Below, piece after piece: positions 12,487 to 25,369 of a stretch of DNA of 64,000 nt. Location of the stretch: contig CM102283.1 in the NCBI GenBank assembly GCA_046563655.1, positions 8,246,001 through 8,310,000 on the forward strand, written 5' to 3'. Each line of letters starts with the position of its first letter. The first letter of the stretch is position 1. Source of the DNA: Yuukianura sp. NJ FZ-2021. Its lineage: Eukaryota. Both the position numbers and the translations under genes were made by a program. Below the pieces are notes generated by a model. That model saw only the letters and a list, made by a program, of their open reading frames with translations. It was not told the origin of the DNA and ran no database searches.

Positions 12487-13010
12487 CCGACGCTTAAACT
12501 CATGTTCGTAAGAAACCAACCTTGAGCGTTCTCTATTGTGCCAATTTCTTATAAAAGTGAAAGCGGGAAACCAAATTTCAAATTTTTTTCGCCGAATCAT
12601 CTGGATTTTTTTTTTTTTGTAAAAAAGTGACGTAAAAATCTCTATCCCATTCCCAATCCCACGCAATTTTACTTTTACACGAGGACAAGGAAGAGGAAAT
12701 CTTTCGCTCTCCAAGTTTAAGTTTAGCAGTTAGTAATTAAAATTTTAGTTAATTGAAAACCGACTTGCATTTACCAATCGCAAGGGAGTTGGGAATCCGG
12801 ATCAGAAGAGGCTCCTGACATTAGTAACTTCTGTTTCGGAATCTAATCTCCTAATCTTATATAAATATTGATTTTAACTAAACTGAATTAAACTTTTTCC
12901 AGTCCGCTAGAATTACATAGGTAGATTGTAGATTTTGTATTTGCTTTAGCGGACATGACTTTTTGACGTTGTTTGTATTTTTTGGTTATAGGTTACCACT
13001 GGGTCATTTT
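12487..13010 (+). promoter_or_regulatory. GCLM promoter and spliced 5'UTR (partner of the 8533-9006 duplicate)
   Basis: Lies directly upstream of the GCLM ATG; putative UTR intron 12824-12991; collinear similarity to 8533-9006. Confidence 0.7.
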
Positions 13011-13043
13011 TTGCGTCTTCACTATCATTACTGGGTACTGGAC

Positions 13044-14213
13044 ATGAATCAAGTTCGTCAGGTTACTATCCTCTCCGGGAACGTACTGAACAAAGCACTC
13101 AACTTTCGTAAAGGAACTGACGCACATTCTGAAGAGGTAACAAGAAATTTACGCTTTATGCTTGAGAGTTCCAGAGGTGAGCGACATTGCCGCATGCTAA
13201 ATGTTGTCAACTTCTTGGGTAATCTCTCTGGTTGGTATGTTCTTAGAAATGTTCTACTGGGTAAAGATTGTACAAGGATAACATGAAAGAGTGACGATTT
13301 CAATTTGTGAATCAAATTGAAATTTTGGAATTCTGTGTGCTTAGTTATATCAAACCCTCAAATCCTGCCTTGAAAATCCTCCAAAGGAAGTCGACAGTGA
13401 GAAAGGGAGCCTCATCGAGGTGAGAGGTTTTTTGAAATTCCTAAAAATTGCTCCGTTTTAAAAAATTATTCATCAATGTCATTGTCATATTTTTAACAGG
13501 TAAATAACAATGACGACAACAGCAACGGCAGTGCGACAATTGGTGAAGACCGGTCCGAACTCAAAGTGAGTTTGAAGTTATTTCTGTACGACGTCGACGC
13601 AGACGAAATTAATCAAGCGATTGAGCGGGGACTGGAACGTAGTTCTGTCGATTACGTTGACACCTTGGTGCTCTCTTTTCCTGGACAAGATCGGCAGTCA
13701 CGATTGACACTGGACATAATTCAAAAAACTTGGACGGTGCTGGAAGACAACGTAGCAAAGAATCGTATCAAGATGATTGGAATCTGTGACTTGGATCCTC
13801 AGCTGTTTTTCCAACTTTACAATACCGCAAATGTCAAACCATCCATTGTACAAATCAATCTATCGTCGTGCTGTGTCGTTCCTCCAGAACTCTCTGCATT
13901 CTGTAAGGAAAACGGTGTACAACTTTTGACACATTCTGATCCCATGGGTAAGTTGACATTCTTCAGATCAAACACTTTGTAAATTAGAAGATGTCAATTA
14001 ATTTAAATTTTTGTCGATTACTTTGCAGAAATCCTTGCAGAAGACAAAGTAGTTGACCTCATGAAACCGCTGGAGTCTCACCTAAAATCACAAAGTGACG
14101 AGCGGAAGACGTTCAAATGGGAATCCAAGTGGATCCTTCGATACCAAATCCATTTGAAGTCTCGCGGAGTTTTGGCATCCAAGGGCTACGCCGCATCGTT
14201 CCTCTTAATCTGA
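13044..14213 (+). CDS. GCLM: Glutamate-cysteine ligase modifier (regulatory) subunit; exons 13044-13136, 13345-13419, 13500-13947, 14029-14213
   Basis: ELKVSLKLFL, YVDTLVLS, IGICDLD, VKPSIVQINLSSCCVVPPELSAFCKENGVQLLTHSDP, WILRYQIHLKSRGVLASKGY. Confidence 0.95.
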
Positions 14214-14479
14214 TAGAACCCAGAGTACCTTATCCAATTAATCATAGTCAATTTATTGTTCCAATCACATTACAGTTACCAAATTCCAACTTTGATTCCT
14301 AAACTTTTAGTCCTCACAACGTTCCGCAGCTTAATAAATCTTATGAAACTTATTCCTAGTCACTCTTTCATGTCTATCTGATGCAATTGGACAGTTCAGT
14401 AGTAAAAATTTCAAAATGTACTTCCAGTATATTCATTCTTTTTGTTTTTAGTAAGGATCGGTTTCAGAGAAAAATCAAA

Positions 14480-16850
14480 ATGAACGTCCCCGTAACGTAC
14501 ATAACGGAAGCTAGGACGGTATGGAGGCTCCTCAACGGTGTCATTTGTGTGTACAAACCAGTTGGAATGACCAGTCGTCGACTACTGGACGAAGTTCGGA
14601 ACAAACTTGCACTGGGACTGAACGCAATGAACGTTCGTGAACCAGAAACTATAGTTGAGTTCAAACGTATCGAGGGGACTACTGTCAAGGATTCAGCGAT
14701 AAGCGAAGTATACTCCGAAGTATCGACAGCTGATGTCGAATATTCGAATGTTCCAAGCGTTGCTGTCCAGCAGAGGAAGCGGAGACCGCCGATGTCCAAT
14801 TTAGAAAAGACTTTCAAGCATGAGCTGATTGGTGAACTGGAAGATGGGCCAGACAAGATCCGGATCTTAAAACGTGCAAATTATGCTGACCATACTCTTG
14901 TGGTTGGTCCTCGTTATCAGGAACAAGACATCAGGGTGATGGATATCACTAGACTCGGGCCGAATACCTCGGGACTTTCCGGTAATTGTTAATTAGTTAT
15001 CGTTCTGGTTCATTCCTTACCTTGAATACTGTTCTAAATGTCACTTTTGGTATGAATTTTGCAGTTTTGGGTATCAATCGTGGGATCCGAACTGTTTATA
15101 ACTGCAGAAACTTAAAATGGCTTCGGAATTATGTCATCTCCGGTAAATTTGGAATCGCCACCAACACGGCATTCCATACTGGACGGATAATCGACAAGTC
15201 AACGTTTCACAGAATTCAGAAACCAATGGTGGACAGATTCCTGGCGACAACTCAAGCTTCTCATCAAAAGAACATGTTTATGTAAGAAAATTACCACATT
15301 AGAGTTAGACTAATCGCGAGTTCATTAAGTTAGTTCATCGTTATTTATTGCAAGTTAAATGTTAATTACCGTTGAAAACATTTCAGAGCTTCCGGTATTC
15401 CGCTAAAGAGTGAACGAGCTTATGAAATCGCAAGTCAGGGATTACCACGGCCAGGCAACGTATCAACGCCGCTCATCTACTCACTTAAGTGCACCAACTT
15501 CGATCCACCAAACTTTGACATTGGTAAGTTATACATTTTCTAATTAACGACAATTAACTAGTTTGCAAATTACTTATATAACAGAGCCAATCGCTTCTTA
15601 ACCCTTTAACGCAAGAGATCAAATCCTCAAATTTATTCTCATGATTAAGCACAATCAAAAGAGTCGTACTTCAGTAGATTACCTCTCATCGTTAACTGAA
15701 TTTTCAAAGGCGATTGACGAGTAATAATTTAGCAAGGTAGAGTAATTGTTGAATTGTTGTTAGATTAGGCTTGATTGTTGTGTTGTTTTGTTGGGTGAGA
15801 TTCATTCTGGAGGTTGCTCTTCTCCGCCATCGGCCGCTGCCTGAGATGGAGAGACGGTCGGAGGCTTGTCACCGTCGGCATTGTCTTCACAGACACAAGG
15901 ACTCTGGCCACATTTTGGACAGACATCCTTCTTCTTTCCGCTACACTTTCCAAGGCAGGAACCCATTGTTCAAGTAGCCAAGGGCTCTGACGACTGGCGC
16001 ACGAACGAGAGCAGGAACCAAACTCTCCTGAAACAAACAGAAACAGGGAAACGATTAGCGTTGAGCTAAGTATTACAACACTGAAGACTCTGCCTAATGA
16101 GTTAGAAATGACAAAATGAGGGAAAGAGTGTCAAGGTCCAGTCCAATTTTCCATTAATTAGCCCCAAAACTGGTCTCTGTGGTTGTTGCGGATGGATTCG
16201 CGGTCCGTACACTGTTAGTCCATTATCAGTTACTTATGTAATTAACTTACCCAACTGTGAGAGGTATGGTCTCGTAGTCAGCTGATGTGGATTGACCTAG
16301 GGTGACGATTAGTTGACCCAGTAGGAGTAGAGAGAGACAGACGTCCGTCTTCGTGAGAGGCAAAAAAGCGACTGACAAAGAAATGGGAGAGAGAATGACG
16401 TGGCGAGTTCAATAACCTCCGCGCGCCTCTTTTCCCTGTTTTTGAATTTTCAAACAGTGCCGCGCTTGGTTTCGTTTCCTTGACAATAAGTTTATATTAA
16501 ATTTAATTCATATAATTCAACTAATTTCTATAATTTGTATAGAAATGGCCGTGATCAATGAAAATGAAGACTTTTTGATGGGATTCGTCCATGACATGGG
16601 AGTACGTCTACGATCGGCAGCAGTTTGTACCAAAATTCGGTGTATCAAGTATGGACCATTTACGCTGGACTTCGCCCTGCTCCCAAAACATTATTCTCCG
16701 GAAAACTTCGTTAACAATATGATTAAGACAAACGAGATCTTGAAGACGGTTGACCTTAAAGTTAAGGATCCGATTATCATGGATGACAGCGCTGACAGGT
16801 CACGATCACCAGCGAGGGAGCACGAAAAGCAAACAGTTGAATACGTTTAG
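14480..16850 (+). CDS. TRUB2: TruB pseudouridine synthase family member 2 (mitochondrial); exons 14480-14981, 15065-15281, 15387-15523, 16543-16850
   Basis: LNGVICVYKPVG, ADHTLVVGPRY, YVISGKFGIATNT, QASHQK, AYEIASQGLPRP, VHDMGVRLRSAAVCTKIRCIKYGPF. Confidence 0.92.
15802..15966 (-). CDS. Putative 54-aa Cys-rich, N-acylated microprotein nested in TRUB2 intron 3
   Basis: MGSCLGKCSGKKKDVCPKCGQSPCVCEDNADGDKPPTVSPSQAAADGGEEQPPE*. ACAATGG start context, 5'UTR intron with donor GTAAGT at 16250 and acceptor TTTCAG at 16028, downstream AATAAA near 15632-15637. Confidence 0.7.
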   Translation of the reverse strand: MGSCLGKCSGKKKDVCPKCGQSPCVCEDNADGDKPPTVSPSQAAADGGEEQPPE

Positions 16851-17971
16851 ATTTTAGGCTTGTGCTGTTTTTTTTAAATCCCAAAAAAGTTCGTTTAATT
16901 GAGTAGGTTCTTGTAATTTTTGGAAACAAATCTGCAAACAATGAACTGAAATAGAATTGTTTTTTATTCGGTATAATAAGTCTGTATGCTTTGTCTTTGT
17001 GTAAAAAGAAATTGCGTATACGTAGATACGTAGATAAATAACTTGGAAGGCAGTTTACTACCAGTAATTTAATTAATTGCGGGTAAACTGAACAAAAGTG
17101 ATGACAATAACGTGCAAAAAAAAATAGAAGAAAAAATGCTGTCTTTGCGGAATATTCGGTTGGAGCGGAGTGAGACTGCACAAGGAGGGAATTTTGAATT
17201 TGAATTTCGGCTGGCTTTTTCACTCGTTTTATAAAATGATGCGGCAGAAAATGCCGCACCATGTCACAGGTTAGAACTTGTCTCTTTTCTCTACGTCAAC
17301 GTCACATGATTGTATTGTTATCTCATATATTTATAATATATATAATTATAATTGCAAATTAATTATAATTTGTTAAAAAACAGTTTTGGTAGTTTTATTG
17401 TTGCAATTAAAGCCACTCCTTGCATTGGTGCATTTACACTTCGGGTCTTCGCACCTATTTTTGACCACTGTGTACACATAAACACTCTTGTTTACCTTCC
17501 CTCCTGTGCTTACCTTGCCGTTTTCGGGGATCCAATGCTAATTGCATGCATTTTCAATTTCAATACACTGCTGACTGGCTCCGTAACATCATACGATTCC
17601 CGCTCCAGTGTCTCCGTCACTTGACTTACCTTTTTCAGTACTTCTTTGTCGGTTGTCGTCTACTACTTCAACCCTGCAAGGTAAGGCCTCTGTAAAACAT
17701 AGCTAAACCTCAAAAAATTGACAAGGTACGGGTACAGGGCAATAGATTTGAAATTAACAAAGTTTTCAAGAAAAAGACTTAATTTTGCAGGAACAGGAAG
17801 GCTGCATGAAGTTTAAAAGAGATCATCAAAATAGCGGTTTAGTTACATCGGAAGAGAATATGAATGCTAATTTTTTTTCTGGTTCGTTGACCTTCCTTTC
17901 AGCTCCGACTGCTGGTGCTGGTTAATAGTTTACCGGAATTGGTCGACTCCGTGAACAATCAATACATCGAC

Positions 17972-20567
17972 ATGGCTATCACTACGGCGAAACTCCAGAA
18001 GGCTATTTCAGGTATGTTTTGTAGTTTCGGTTTCGATTTTGTAAGGTATCTAATACATTGTTCTTACATCCTCATGCAAGACTAAAACATTTGAAAATTA
18101 GCAGTTAAGTCTCATATAGCTGAATCAGGAATCTTATTGGATGGATGAAGCATGCATAAATTCTAACAATTGAATGAATCTCAGCAGGAGCAGCCAGTCC
18201 CTGTCCTTGGCTTCATTTTTAGTTTGAGAGGAATGCGGTAATTTCACGTTTAGTCCTGCGGTAGTCTAGTCTCGTGAAATTCTTTAAATCGGTATCTCCG
18301 TATCTGTATTACTACATTTTCATTTTTAAGCTTCAGTACTCATCATTAGTGTGTATAATTTCGAGCCAGATTGCAGCAGACCACAAACGAAGGGTAGTAC
18401 TCGATACGTTTGCGTTATTTCTGAGTCTGACGTACGCTTACGGCATACTAATTTGCACGCGACGCCGGCAATTTAAAGTTGATTTTATACTCCGCCGCCT
18501 CCATCGTGTAGCCGCAACTTACCCCCTAACAACGTACGGTCTCTATACTGGTTGCTTCTGCTACTGACACTTTGATTGTTAAAGGTTACTAAAGGTGTTA
18601 AAGGTTATGCTAAATTCTTAAAAGTTATAAAATAGTTTGGTAAATAGGATGTCATCATAGAATAAGTTTATATTGTTTGAACAGTTTAGTTTAACATTTC
18701 TTCCTGATTATTTACAGCTTTCATACGAAGTGTTCCACTTTATTGTCACCCTGACCCTGGTCCACTCAAAATGACGCTCCTAACTCCTGATCCACCGCCT
18801 TCTGATTCCAAACTTGGATGTTCTTGTGTTGTACAAGCTATGACAATGTTCAGATCTCCTTTACTTGCTACCTTACGGTGCCATTCAACATCGGATGACT
18901 ATTGGTTACCTTAATTTTCAATTGTTTTGTCCGTTGGTGCGTTGGGGAAGATGATGCTACGGCTTGGCTTGACCGTGTTGCCAAATCGGGAATAGGGAGA
19001 GATCTTTTGAGAACGAAGAAGAAGCAGGGGGGAACGACCGTCCATAATCCAAGCTACATTTCTACCGTAGTACAAGCTAACTTCCATAACGTATCACAGG
19101 ATAGACTTCAAATGCTCTCTGTACATAGGCTCATAGCCTAACTTTTCCCTGCTTCTTCCCCAATCCAATTCCATTGTCCATTTGTTTGCCCTGGCTTTGA
19201 CTACTTCTAACAGCAAAATTCCAAAGTTGTACTACACAACACATCGGAGAAAGGAGCGTCGAATTTTGGTAGCGTCCTTTTCCCCACTTGGTTACCCGAC
19301 TTCATCTTCCTTTACTTGCTAAAAACAGTCCACAAAAACACACTTCTACATTGGGTAATTCATATTATTGCGTACTTTTCAGTTACTGTCAAAAGTTAAA
19401 CTAGATTGGTCCAGGTTGGGATTACGAAGGTAATGGGGAAATTAGTGCGTATTTTAGGGTTGAGGCATAGCCGATCTTAACCGAGCTGGACGTCGGCTTG
19501 CTTTGCTTAGACAGGAGTAGAATACTTGCTGAAGTCAGCATTAATTAATACTTCTTAATTCCATTAATTGATATGATTGTTAAGTTAAGAGGATCGTAGT
19601 TAGTATCAGGTGAAAATGTAGTTAGAAGGGGCAAGGGGGGAAGAAATTACATATTGAGTGTAGTGAGGTTCGGGCGGGCTCGAGTCGTTCCGAACGGCAC
19701 GGAAAAGTTTCAAAAGTTTTGTAATAATTTTGATCTTTTTTGTTTCAGAAATTCTTGACGAGTCAAATCTTGACGAAATTACGACAAAGAAAGTTCGTGA
19801 GCAACTAGAAACAAAGTTAGGAGTGAACTTAGCCGACAGGTACTAATCAATATATGAATTCTTAACTAAAAGTCGAGTGGTGAAGTGTAATTGATGTACT
19901 AATTGAATTACTTTTTAGACGAAAGGAAGTAGACAAATTGATCATGGATACTTTGGAAGAAAAGCGAACAGCATCTGAAGAAGAAGAGGAGGAGGAGGAA
20001 AGTGAGGAAGAAGAGAAGAAGCCAGCGAAACGAGGTCGTAAGGCTGCTGCGGCCAAGAATGGCAGCGATTCTGGAAGTGAAGAGGACTTTGAACCTGCTG
20101 CTAAGAAGGGACGAAAACCTGCTGTGAGTTACAGTTTTTTAAAAATTTCAATTTTGTAAACGTTTTTAATACGTTTTTTATCTGTTAGGCAAAGGGGAAG
20201 GCCAAGAAAGCCGCTGGTGGAGGTGGAGGCCGAAAGGCTGGCACTGGTTACACAAAAGAATGCAAGTTGAGTGCTGAGCTGGCAGCAGTTATGGGTCAAC
20301 CGACAATGGCTCGACATGAAGTCGTCAAACAAATGTGGAAACTTATCAAGGAGAAAAATCTCTATGATCCAAAGAACAAGCAGTTTGCCATTTGCAATGC
20401 TGAATTGCTTCCAGTTTTTGGTAAGTTGGCGACTAAACGACCGAAAAACGATTTTTTTCTGTTTTCGGACTTTGATGTTAACTTTTATTCTGAAAATTGT
20501 AGGAGTGAAGCGATTCCGGACTTTTGGAATGATGAAGTATCTAAAAACTCACTTTCTCGCAGACTAA
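17972..20567 (+). CDS. DEK-C plus SWIB/MDM2 domain protein (UAF30/Spp27/TRI1-like); exons 17972-18011, 19750-~19840, ~19919-20123, ~20190-20421, 20503-20567
   Basis: MAITTAKLQKAISEILDESNLDEITTKKVREQLETKLGVNLADRRKEVDKLIM (DEK-C), acidic/basic linker, LSAELAAVMGQPTMARHEVVKQMWKLIKEKNLYDPKNKQFAICNAELLPVFGVKRFRTFGMMKYLKTHF (SWIB). Confidence 0.9.
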
Positions 20568-21089
20568 TTGTTTAGAAGACTAAAGTCTTGTTATGGGACG
20601 GACAAAACCTTACGCAGAATCCCTAAGAATCTAAAAACTTGAGTCCGCTAATGAATTTGTATTATAACTAAAACTATTAAGTGAGTTAAGTCCCTCTCAT
20701 TGTCAATTAAGTCTAATTTATACATTTCCTTCGAAATATTTTGAAATGTTCATGTAGAAGATGAATCAGAGAAGAATGTATTTGGTTAATGTTTTTTTCA
20801 CGTGTAAAGTTGGAAGGCTCTGAATTTTAGAGAGGAAGTTGAGGTAAAGATGACAAGTTTTATAGATCCGACAAAAGTAGATTTTTTTTTCACTGAAACT
20901 GTTCATTATAACAGTTGATGGAAATATGTTTAACTTAAATTGAATTATATAAATTATGGTATTTAGAATTCCAGAGGGTCGAATGATTCACCAATTTCCT
21001 TGTATTTCTTCTATTTTACTTTGAATTTAAATAAATGTTATTACAAAAGGGGTAATACAATCGATCATGATTTTTCAAAATTTAATTCA

Positions 21090-22626
<1,537 letters not shown>

Positions 22627-23326
22627 TCTAAAAACTTGGCTTTTTAGTGCTTCTGGACACTTGACTTAAAAAAAAATAAATTTTGCTCTGGAAATAGTTT
22701 TTCAATTAAAAAGAGAGCATGAATTTGCTAAATGTGGAGTCCAGCGGTGGTTATCAGCCGAAAATGAGGCTGCAGCAACAGCTGTTTGGATACTAAATGT
22801 CGCCTGCTATCCGAATGAGTCCAGACAGCACGGGAAGATGTAGGATGCTGATTAGTTGGTTGTGGCCGTGGGTTGTGATTGACATCCAATTACCTCGATT
22901 CCAAGTACTTTGTACTTTCACTACTTAATTAAAGTGTTTACACTTTTAGAAATTGTCAAGAGAGGCTCTTACTAAAAACACGGTGGCCGTGAAGTGTGTT
23001 TTCCCCTGTGATGTGGCACCATTTCAATTCAACCAAACTGCTCCCGCTCTTCAAAGTGCTAATTCAGCATTCTACAACGAGAGACCACTCGTGTTTCATG
23101 TCAACTACTGTTAGTTGCATAGTTTTCATGCAACTGTATGCTAAAAGTCTCTGGAGGTCAAAGGTCAACGGGATCTTATCATAGGTCAGCCTGGAAAGAC
23201 TGGATTTGGTATAAGGTAACCCGAAATTCCATTCGTTCTGAAAACGTTTTCATTTATTTGTGATTTTTTTTATCATCACACTTGGTTGCAAGTTTTCTGC
23301 ACTGGTTTGCACAAATCTGAGTTTTA

Positions 23327-24421
23327 GGGCGCATTCACACTATGCCAAAAGTATCTAGCAACTAGTTGCTAGGAACTTCGGGTAACTTTTTCGTTTTTTG
23401 AGGTTCCTGTTCACATTAGCAAAGATTTTCGAGGAACTTTTCCGCAGGGAACTAGGAACAAGTTACTAGGTACTTGTTCTCTCAACTTTACATTTTAGAT
23501 GTGAACGCATCTAGGAACTTTTCCTTTCCTTCATATCAGCTGTGTCGACACAAACTATATATAATTAAAAACGAAGGTACATCATAATGGTTGCTTATAC
23601 TGGCACATCATGTTAAACCATGATTTCCTACTATAGTAACAGATCGACCTTGACCTGGATGGAGGTCATCTAGGGTTACGGTAAGGTCAACAGTACTTAT
23701 CCGGGTTTCAATTGTACTAATGAGGTGGTTATGTACTAATGTCATTACTGCTGGTCAACGACCATTCAAGTCATCTGGGTCGACCTGGTCACCCACACTA
23801 TTGTCGTACTGTAGTAATGCTGTAGTAAAATGTCGTACTGTGGTCGAAAGAAACGTGGCGGTGATTGATTGGGTTCGACCCAATGACCCTGTCCTAACCA
23901 ATAGCGGACGTGATGTAGCACATGCACTTGCATCTCTGGTTGAAGTTAATGAAATTGTGAAAAACTTACTTAATTAGAATTGAAACTTAATTAAGTAATT
24001 CTAGACATGGTACTTTTCATTTCAAAAACAGATGAAAAGATGAAATTATTAAGCAATTGAAAATAGGTTTGAAATTAGCGGGTCGACCCGCAAAAAAGAA
24101 AAAAAACTTGAAGTGAGGCAATGTGAGACAAGATGAGCCAATCAGAAGCGAGGAACTTTTTTGGAATGGAAAAGTTGAGTGATCGCTTCACTCACCAAAA
24201 GTTCTCTCAACTTTTGGTGCTAGCACCAAAAGTTCATAGAACTTTTGCTCTAGTGTGAACAGAAGAGTTTTGGGAACAGAGAACTTTTGTTGCTAGGAAC
24301 TTTCCGCTCAGCTGTGCGGAAAGTTCCTAGCAGCTCCCCTCTAGTGTGAACGCAAGTTCCCCGAAGTTCCCGAAACAAGTTCCTTGATGCTAGGAACTTT
24401 TGGCATAGTGTGAATGCGACC
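23327..24421. mobile_element. Non-autonomous PIF/Harbinger-type element (MITE)
   Basis: TIRs GGGCGCATTCACACTATGCCAAAAGT / ACTTTTGGCATAGTGTGAATGCGACC, TTA on both flanks (3-bp TSD), subterminal CTAGGAACT repeats, no transposase ORF. Confidence 0.88.
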
Positions 24422-24490
24422 TTAGTGTGCTTGCGAATTTTGAAATGTTGTGATTGCATTGCAATATTGCAAATTGTTAAGAAATGCTTA

Positions 24491-25369
24491 AGGGCCGTTT
24501 ATACCGGAGCTCTGGATGGATTTTCCTTCCACTGGACGTCCAGTCCAGTGGAAAAAATTTGTCTCGTTCATACCAGATTTTGGGGAAAGTGAGGGGTGGA
24601 TTTTTTTTCCATGGATGGATTTTCCTTCCAGTGGAAAGAAAATCCAGGGACGCGGTATGAACGCTGTTTTTCCACCCTGGATTTCAGAAAGGCGCCTGCC
24701 TTTCCATTCAAAGTTGAAATATGTCAACAAAGAGTTAATTGCTGTTTTCAACAGCTGACAACATCAAAATAACTAATAGTTAACAATGGAAGACTCAGGA
24801 GATATCGAAGATTCAGAGAACGTACGAATTATACCAGAACATTTTTTTCAGTATACATACAAGGACTAGCAATACTTGCACATGACAGATTAATTGTTAC
24901 TCTCAGGTTAGCGCTAACCTCGTATTAGTAGGTTGAATTAAATGTTGATAAATTGTTAGGCGTAATCCAACCTATTTACTTTGATTAATTATTGGAAATA
25001 GTAATTAACATTCCAAAAACTGTACTTTTGAGATTAGTTTCGTCATTCGAGCTTATTGTCTCAAAAGCTCCCATGTGTGATTGGGGCACACTGCAAATTT
25101 GATGATCAATCCAGACCAAAAGTTGAACTGAGTGAACTTTTGGTCTGGATCGTTTCTCCCATCTCTCAACATTACAAGAAAATCCAGTGGAAAAAATTTC
25201 CATGGACGGATTTTTTCGGTGTGAACGATGGAAATCCAGTCCAGTGGAAAAAAAATCCACCCCAACTTTCTCTGGATGATCCATCCAGACGGATTAAATC
25301 TGGTGTGAACGACTGGATTGCAGTCCAGTGGAAGGAAAATCCATCCAGTGGTCCGGTATAAACAGGCCT
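24491..25369. mobile_element. Second non-autonomous PIF/Harbinger-type element (MITE)
   Basis: About 45-bp imperfect TIRs AGGGCCGTTTATACCGGAGCTCTGGATGGATTTTCCTTCCACTGGAC and its reverse complement, TTA TSD, many subterminal CCAGTGGAAA motifs. Confidence 0.88.

Noticed and set aside
17240-17258. Perfect hairpin TGCGGCA-GAAAA-TGCCGCA as a terminator or Helitron end
   Set aside because: Eukaryotic context, only a 7-bp stem, and no CTRR terminus at the expected distance.
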